Shown here in pieces: positions 21,333-64,000 of a DNA stretch of 64,000 nucleotides. This stretch comes from Lingula anatina (taxonomy: Eukaryota; Animalia; Brachiopoda). Each line of letters starts with the position of its first letter. The first letter of the stretch is position 1. The translations under genes were made by a program, and so were the position numbers. The notes below the pieces were generated by a model. The model worked only from the letters and a program-made list of their open reading frames with translations. It made no database searches and was not told where the DNA came from. The DNA lies in assembly GCA_051362555.1 (NCBI GenBank), contig CM120644.1:8378954-8442953 (forward strand). The letters run 5' to 3'.

Positions 21333-23891
21333 TATTGTACCACCAGCGTTAGCGCTGGCGGTACACATGGTTTTAGTCCCGTCCGGTCCGTTCCGCCGGC
21401 TCTGCCGGCTCTGCCGGCTCCGTGGCCATGTTACCGTTACCGCTTCTCCTCCTAGACGGTAAGGGCCCCCATACCCATCTCTTGGATTTAGGTCACCTAT
21501 AATCTCAACTCGTTCCACGTAAAATTTGGGCTTTGTCGGTATTGGGGTCTAGGTGTGGCATTCATTGCAATGCACCCTTGTCCAAAAATGGCAAAATTAA
21601 ATGCTAATTATCTACCCTACGGAAGGAATTATGGGAAAAATTTCTACAGACGGCTTTCCAAAAGTCATATGTGTAGATTTCAAATATGCCCTTGGATTTG
21701 ACCTTTGACCTTTATTTCAAGGTCAAACGGGCCAAAATTTTCAAAAAAATGAATTTTTTTACGAAAAAAAAATTATTTGCACTGTTATTCAGACACCACA
21801 CAGACTTAACCAATAATATTATTGGAAAATGTTACCCTTCAGGTCATCTTTCATCTCCGTAAATTTGGGGTCAATCAGTGCATTTTCACGGGAGTAGCGG
21901 CCATAAGATACCGAAACTGAAAACTGTCTCTAATTCAGGAACCATTAATGCTAGAGACCCATTCTTTTTTTGCATTTTGTAGAGCATGTAAAGCCCAACA
22001 CTGGAGGTGGTCTCCGTTTTTTTGTATTCCATACGGTTTGAGTTACGCTGTATCAAAAAGTACATATTGATTGGTGGTGTAAGCAAAATGTGCAGTACGG
22101 TAATGGATAATAAATTTTAAACTCTGGAAAAATAAAACATAAGGCTTGGCAAAGCAGACAACTTGTGGTAAAAAATGACATTATTTCATCAAATTTGAAC
22201 TTCTGGAACTTCAGAGCACCTCCCATTTCAAGAATAGTGACCAAAATGACCTTTTTTTTATTTTAATTAATTTTTTCTGTAGGAAATTAATGGCACATTA
22301 AGGTAACTCCAAAATTATAACTAAATGTGACCTTAAAATTGACCTTTCATTTTGGAGATAAAAGGGAGGCAAAATTTGAAAAGTTCAATTCATGGTGAAA
22401 AGTCGGTCAAAGGTCAATTTCAAGGTCACATTTAGATTGCCAGTATATGACTTCCTATTCAACTTCAATAGTAACTATGGACCTATCTCTGCCAGCTTTG
22501 CTTCCCTTTTATCTCCAAAACTGGCAGAGATAGGTCCATAGTTACTATTGAACTTGAATAGGAAGTCATATACTGGCAATCTAAATGTGACCTTAAAATT
22601 GACCTTTGACCTACTTATTATTATGAACTGAACTCTGCTAATTTCTTTCTCTTTTAACTCCAAACCTGGCAGAGATAGGTCCATAGTTACTATTGAACTT
22701 GAATAGGAAGTCATATACTGGCAATTTACTGTGACCTTGAAATTGACCTTTGACCTACCTTACGATGAACTTAAATTTGATTGTACCATTTTTAGTTATA
22801 TATATTTTTTGCATATTTTGAAAATTCTTGTTTCTTTCTCTTTTAACTCCAAACCTGGCAGAGATAGGTCCATAGTTACAATTGAAGTTGAATAGGAAGT
22901 CATATACTGGCAATCTAAATGTGACCTTGAAATTGACCTTTGACCGACTTTTCACCATGAATTGAACTTTTCAAATTTTGCCTCCCTTTTATCTCCAAAA
23001 CTGGCAGAGATAGGTCCATAGTTTCTATTGAACTTGAATATGAAGTCATATACTGGCAATCTAAATGTGACTTTGAAATTGACTTTTGACCTACTTTTCA
23101 CCATGAACTGAACTTTGCAAATTTTGGTTCCCTTTTATCTCCAAAACTGGCAGAGATAGGTCCATAGTTACTATTGAACTTGAATAGGAAGTCATATACT
23201 GGCAATCTTACTGTGACCTTGAAATTGACCTTTGACCTACTTTTTATCATGAATTGAACTTTGCAAATTTTGGTTCCCTTTTATCACCAAAACTGGCAGA
23301 GATAGGTCCATAGTTACTATTGAACTTGAATAGGAAGTCATATACTGGCAATCTAAATGTGACCTTGAAATTGACCTTTGAACTACTTTTTATCATGAAT
23401 TGAACTTTGCAAATTTTGTTTCCCTTTTATTTCCAAAACTAGCGAGATAGGTCCATAGTAAGTTACTATTGAACTTGAATAGGAAGTCATATACTGGCAA
23501 TCTAAGTGTGACCTTGAAATTGACCTTTGACCTACTTATAATCATGAACTGAACTCTGCTAATTTCTTTCTCTTTTAACTTCAACCTGGCAGAGATAGGT
23601 CCATAGTTACTATTAAAGTTGAATAAGAAGTCATATACTGGCAATTTACTGTGACCTTGAAATTGACCTTTGACCTACCTTACGATGAACTTAACTTTGA
23701 TTGTACCATCTTAAGTTATATATATTTTTTGCATATTTTGAAAATTCTTGTTGATTGCATTTTTACAGCTTGTCAAGCATAAGACTGGTGGCTGTGTCCC
23801 TTATTTTGTGTATGTGGGGGTCTATACGAATGCGCTTGCTCCAGCTGGTGGTACAATATTCGGAGGCGGTATCGCCTCTCTGATCCTCTAG
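21333..23891 (+). mobile_element. Helentron-associated non-autonomous element (HINE/DINE-1-like) carrying a central tandem array
   Basis: 5' subTIR TATTGTACCACCAGC (21333-21347) with an adjacent partial inverted copy (GCTGGCGGTACA), followed by a GTCCG/GCCGGCTCT micro-repeat. 3' subTIR GCTGGTGGTACAATA (23844-23858), hairpin GAGGCG-gtat-CGCCTC (23863-23878), CTAG end, T-rich flanks and no TSD. Confidence 0.85.
22320..23750. repeat. ~146-bp tandem array (8 forward units plus one inverted unit) inside the HINE
   Basis: The unit start CTGGCAGAGATAGGTCCATAG recurs at 22521, 22666, 22855, 23001, 23147, 23293, 23439 (variant) and 23586. The inverted unit is at ~22350-22495. Confidence 0.92.
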
Positions 23892-25691
23892 TTTTATATA
23901 GATATAGACTACCATTATTTTCCTTAAATGAACATTTCAGTTGCTTTTTGATTGTAAAAACTGAGAATTATACACTCATTAAAAATGATAATAATAAATT
24001 GTTATTATCCTCATTTCACATTTAGTTTTATACTATTTTGAAAATACCGTGCAGGTTGAAGAAGTGCCGTTCAGAGTGCATTGCGGTAGTTGTGCCTCTT
24101 GTCACATTTACTTGCACATCTGAAGCAGGCTGTCCAGTTGCCTGATCTGGCAATAAGTGTATGTAAACCAAAACACAGTGATTAGAAAAGTAGAAATAAT
24201 TCTTAAAGATTAGGTCAGTGAAAACCTGGCAGATTTCCTTTTTGTAATAACATTTTCTCTTTTTCTTTTTTTTTTTTTTAGTTTTTGCAAGCTAAAAATG
24301 TACATGATTCACTCATAAAATAATTATGACCTTATAAATTGCTATCATTCACTTTCTTCTGTACTACATGTGCCCATGAGTTTTTTTTTTTTTATTGTTA
24401 CAGTATATTCTTTGAAAGATTGATTAATCAATGTATTTATCATTATTATTTTATCTTTTTCAACTGTCTATCTTTATTTTTCCCATGACACTGTCAGGCC
24501 ATCATTGTCACTTTTTGGAGAGAAAAAATTATTAGATTGAATTTTTAAAAATTCTCAAAAATGAAAACATTCACGGACTTTTCTCACAAAAAGGAGTAGA
24601 ATTAATTGATAACTAAATATCGAAATTAAATGAATCGAAGTTCCACTCAGCGCACCTGCTAAAATGGCTGCTCCCTTTATGAATATTCATCAACGGTTAA
24701 TATGCAAACGAGGCTCTCGTAAACCAAGATGGAGGAAACGAGAGAGGGCAGCGCTCGTAGAAAGAAAACATTGGCTCTTAAATTTGCTACTGTGTGATTC
24801 GCACGCAACGAGGCACCCAGCAACTAAATTCAAGTTTAAAACAGTTAATGGATTTCACTTTAAAGGTGTAAAAACAAGCTTCGGAGAGGAAAGCATTAAC
24901 TTTTTGAAAGTAGGTCACGTTTTGAAATGTGCGATTTACAACAGAGGAGACGTGATTCATTACCATGTAGCTCACTGACATGCTACTTGTGGAATGTCTG
25001 CTAAGTGATCGGCAGGTTAAATGAGTGTAAAGATGTGTTAGATAAATAACTGTTAATTGTGAAGAATGTGAATTTCGCTGGGTCATTTTGAAAGGAGGGC
25101 GTACTTTGACGTTGAAACAAACTTCATGTAGAGTTTACCGTTTTAAGTGTCAAAATCGTTAGAAAAAAAGTGAATTTAATTGCTTACAATTAATCACTCT
25201 TCCTTGAATCGTTTTCATCTTGCGGTTTCATTGTTTTTATTTTCGGTATTATTTTGATGATAATACGTTGAAACTAGGGGGAAACTTAAACCAGGTGCCT
25301 GCGACCTAAGTCGGAAGTAATAAGCCACCTAGAACAGCTTTTGACATCCGGTATTTCATGAGATAGTATCAGTACTTTGTAACCTGAGAGCTTCCCATAC
25401 TTTGTTTTTATAGTGTAAAGGAGAAACAGGCACTGGAGCCTTGCAGTGTGGGGATTTCACGCCAACCATTGAACCCTTGTGTACCACCATGCTTATTGCA
25501 GCGAAGATGAAATGAAAACCGGAGATTCTTTTTTATTTTGGGAAAAATTACCAAGCTTTGCAGAAGTGGATTAATATTAAACATAACATGCTTCAATAAA
25601 CCTACAGCTTAAACTGGATGAGAAACCAACTCTATACATGTGGATATTTCACTCAGGGTAGCAGTTTTGCTGGGAACATACACACCAAGTC

Positions 25692-62111
<36,420 letters not shown>

Positions 62112-62560
62112 GTATATATATATATATATGCTTTCTTTAACCTAGTGCATTATAGATACTAACTGAAGGTTTTAACAGGACCCATGTGGTTTCATAGATT
62201 CTGTACTTTTTTTTCCACAGAGACAGTCTGTTGAAATTGTTTTATTTGAGAATTTTTTAATGGATTTTTAAAAACTGTACTTGTAAGTAAATTCATAAAA
62301 TATCTACAAACTTCAAAGTAGAGTTTTGTATTACAAATCAAATCAAGTTGTTTTTCAATTTTTTTCTTTATTTTTATATTCACTTGTATGAATTAAATAA
62401 CAAGGTCTGTTGAAGCCTTTGCAATATATGCATTTTCACTGATGATAAGATAGAAAACTCTCACTTAATAGACCATTTATTCTAATGAAGCTATCTTAAT
62501 GATCACTGTCATGAATACTATATTATTATAGCTGCACAAACACCATGCATTATGATGTAT

Positions 62561-62562
<2 letters not shown>

Positions 62563-62615
<53 letters not shown>
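62563..62615. repeat. (CT)n microsatellite
   Basis: Read directly. Confidence 0.9.
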
Positions 62616-62618
<3 letters not shown>

Positions 62619-64000
62619 TGAAACACTGTATAAGTTTTGCTAAAGAAACCTTAGTCTTATAAACTTGAAAAGAAGGTACTTATTCACTCCTTGGCCCAAT
62701 CATATGGAAAAAATACAAAAGAGGCCTAATGTGATGTAAATTAGTTGAATTATGCGTGACATCGTTCTGTGACAAGCCTCCCTCCCCCGGACACAATAAG
62801 TTGACTTTCAACCAATTATGGGTCAATGTTAATTTGCTGCTTGACCCCCATGGCCTCTCTGTTGTGTGTAAAGAGCATTAGAGTGAGGTGCTAGCCTCGT
62901 AATGGTTCAGGGCATGAAAAAGCAACATAGCACTATTGAGAATAACACACAGCACATGAACAGTGAAAGTTGACATTGTATTGAATTGCTTTGTATTGTG
63001 ATGTCACAGGCAGAGTTGACATTGCCTTGTACACACACACCCGGCTAGGTTTAATAAGACGGCTTGGCAAGGAGAGGCCAGAAGGCTACGTTTGTTGACT
63101 TTTTCCCCAACAATCAATTTCAAAGACATCACAGTAGAACAAATAGTGACAGCAAAGGGAGGGAACTTGTGGGGCTAATTAGGCATTAAGATAAATCTTG
63201 GCACTTTGAATTGCTCGTGCTGGCTGGTTTATGGAAAGTGAGGTATTCTTAGAGGGGAGAAAAGAACTTGTGGTGCACACACTTCTGGTGTTAAGCCAGT
63301 TCCTCTTTGTAGAGATTATTCCAGCTCAGGGGACCACATATTTTATACGTCTTCCAGGAATCATCTGTGTCAATTACGGGAGAACCTAGAGCAGTTGTTT
63401 TGTTCAGTGCAAATAGACACCGTGTGTGAAAGATGTAGTCAGTGCTCCAGTGTGGAAAATTTTATCACCAGAGGGATCATGCAACCCATCTTTTCTGGAG
63501 GAATATGCAGTCAGTATTGAGGCATAACACTTGTTAGACAAACTGCATTAAAGGAGCAGTTACCATGGTTGGTTTTTTCACTGAATATAGATATGCTCAG
63601 GACATGCAGGTTATGCTGAAGGGCTCATAAACTACCTGTGTCCTACTGGCCAAACCCAAACAATTTGAGATTGACCAGTCATTATTTAGCCAGTCACCTG
63701 TCTGGTGACCCAAACTGACCGATCTGACATTGATTATTATATTTGACCACTGGTCAGTAGGAGATATTCCCAATCGCCACTTGTCACAACTGATCCTCGG
63801 TGGTGTCAAAATGGCATCTGTTCTCCATGTGTCATTTGGAGAAACTGTCACCTACTGGACATGTCCCAATGACTGTAAGTAATAATAGTGTCATTTTCAT
63901 ACAGGCTGATTAGTTAAGATAATCTTTGCTGAAATTCTTGCATTTTGGAGTAGCTTTTAAATGAGCAGATATGTTCCAGCAAAAAAAAAATCGACAAGTC

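Noticed and set aside
22320-23750. Regular repeats resembling a CRISPR array
   Set aside because: The whole ~146-bp monomers are homologous, with no unique spacers. The context is a eukaryotic HINE and there are no cas genes.
24664-24978. 104-aa ORF upstream of Par-3
   Set aside because: No recognisable motif. It overlaps the probable Par-3 promoter or 5' UTR (YY1-like AAAATGGC, CpG-richer) and is likely non-coding.

Overview
AT-rich, intron-rich animal genomic DNA, most likely from an invertebrate (probably a lophotrochozoan; this is inference from gene content and repeat types). Most short ORFs in the six-frame track are spurious, so genes were rebuilt by reading splice sites. (1) 1-~15500: a tandem duplication with units of ~7.96 kb and ~7.40 kb. 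Each unit carries an intact minus-strand gene with 7 coding exons for a 303-aa secreted protein made only of a signal peptide and three CysD/WxxW (Mucin2_WxxW) domains. The array probably continues left of the window. (2) 17757-20695: a divergently transcribed 6-exon CMPK2 (mitochondrial UMP-CMP kinase 2, 490 aa), with NF-kB-, STAT- and CRE-like motifs clustered just upstream. The CysD array sits in the head-to-head position that viperin/RSAD2 occupies in vertebrates. (3) 21333-23891: a Helentron-type non-autonomous element (HINE) with a ~146-bp internal tandem array. (4) 25692 to beyond the window end: Par-3/PARD3 (CR1, PDZ1-3, aPKC-binding CR3), with an 18-kb first coding intron, several candidate alternative exons, and a 95-bp duplication across the PDZ2 splice acceptor. 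Introns hold a decayed Sola2-like transposon, palindromic Harbinger-type MITEs, a Kolobok-like element and other MITEs.
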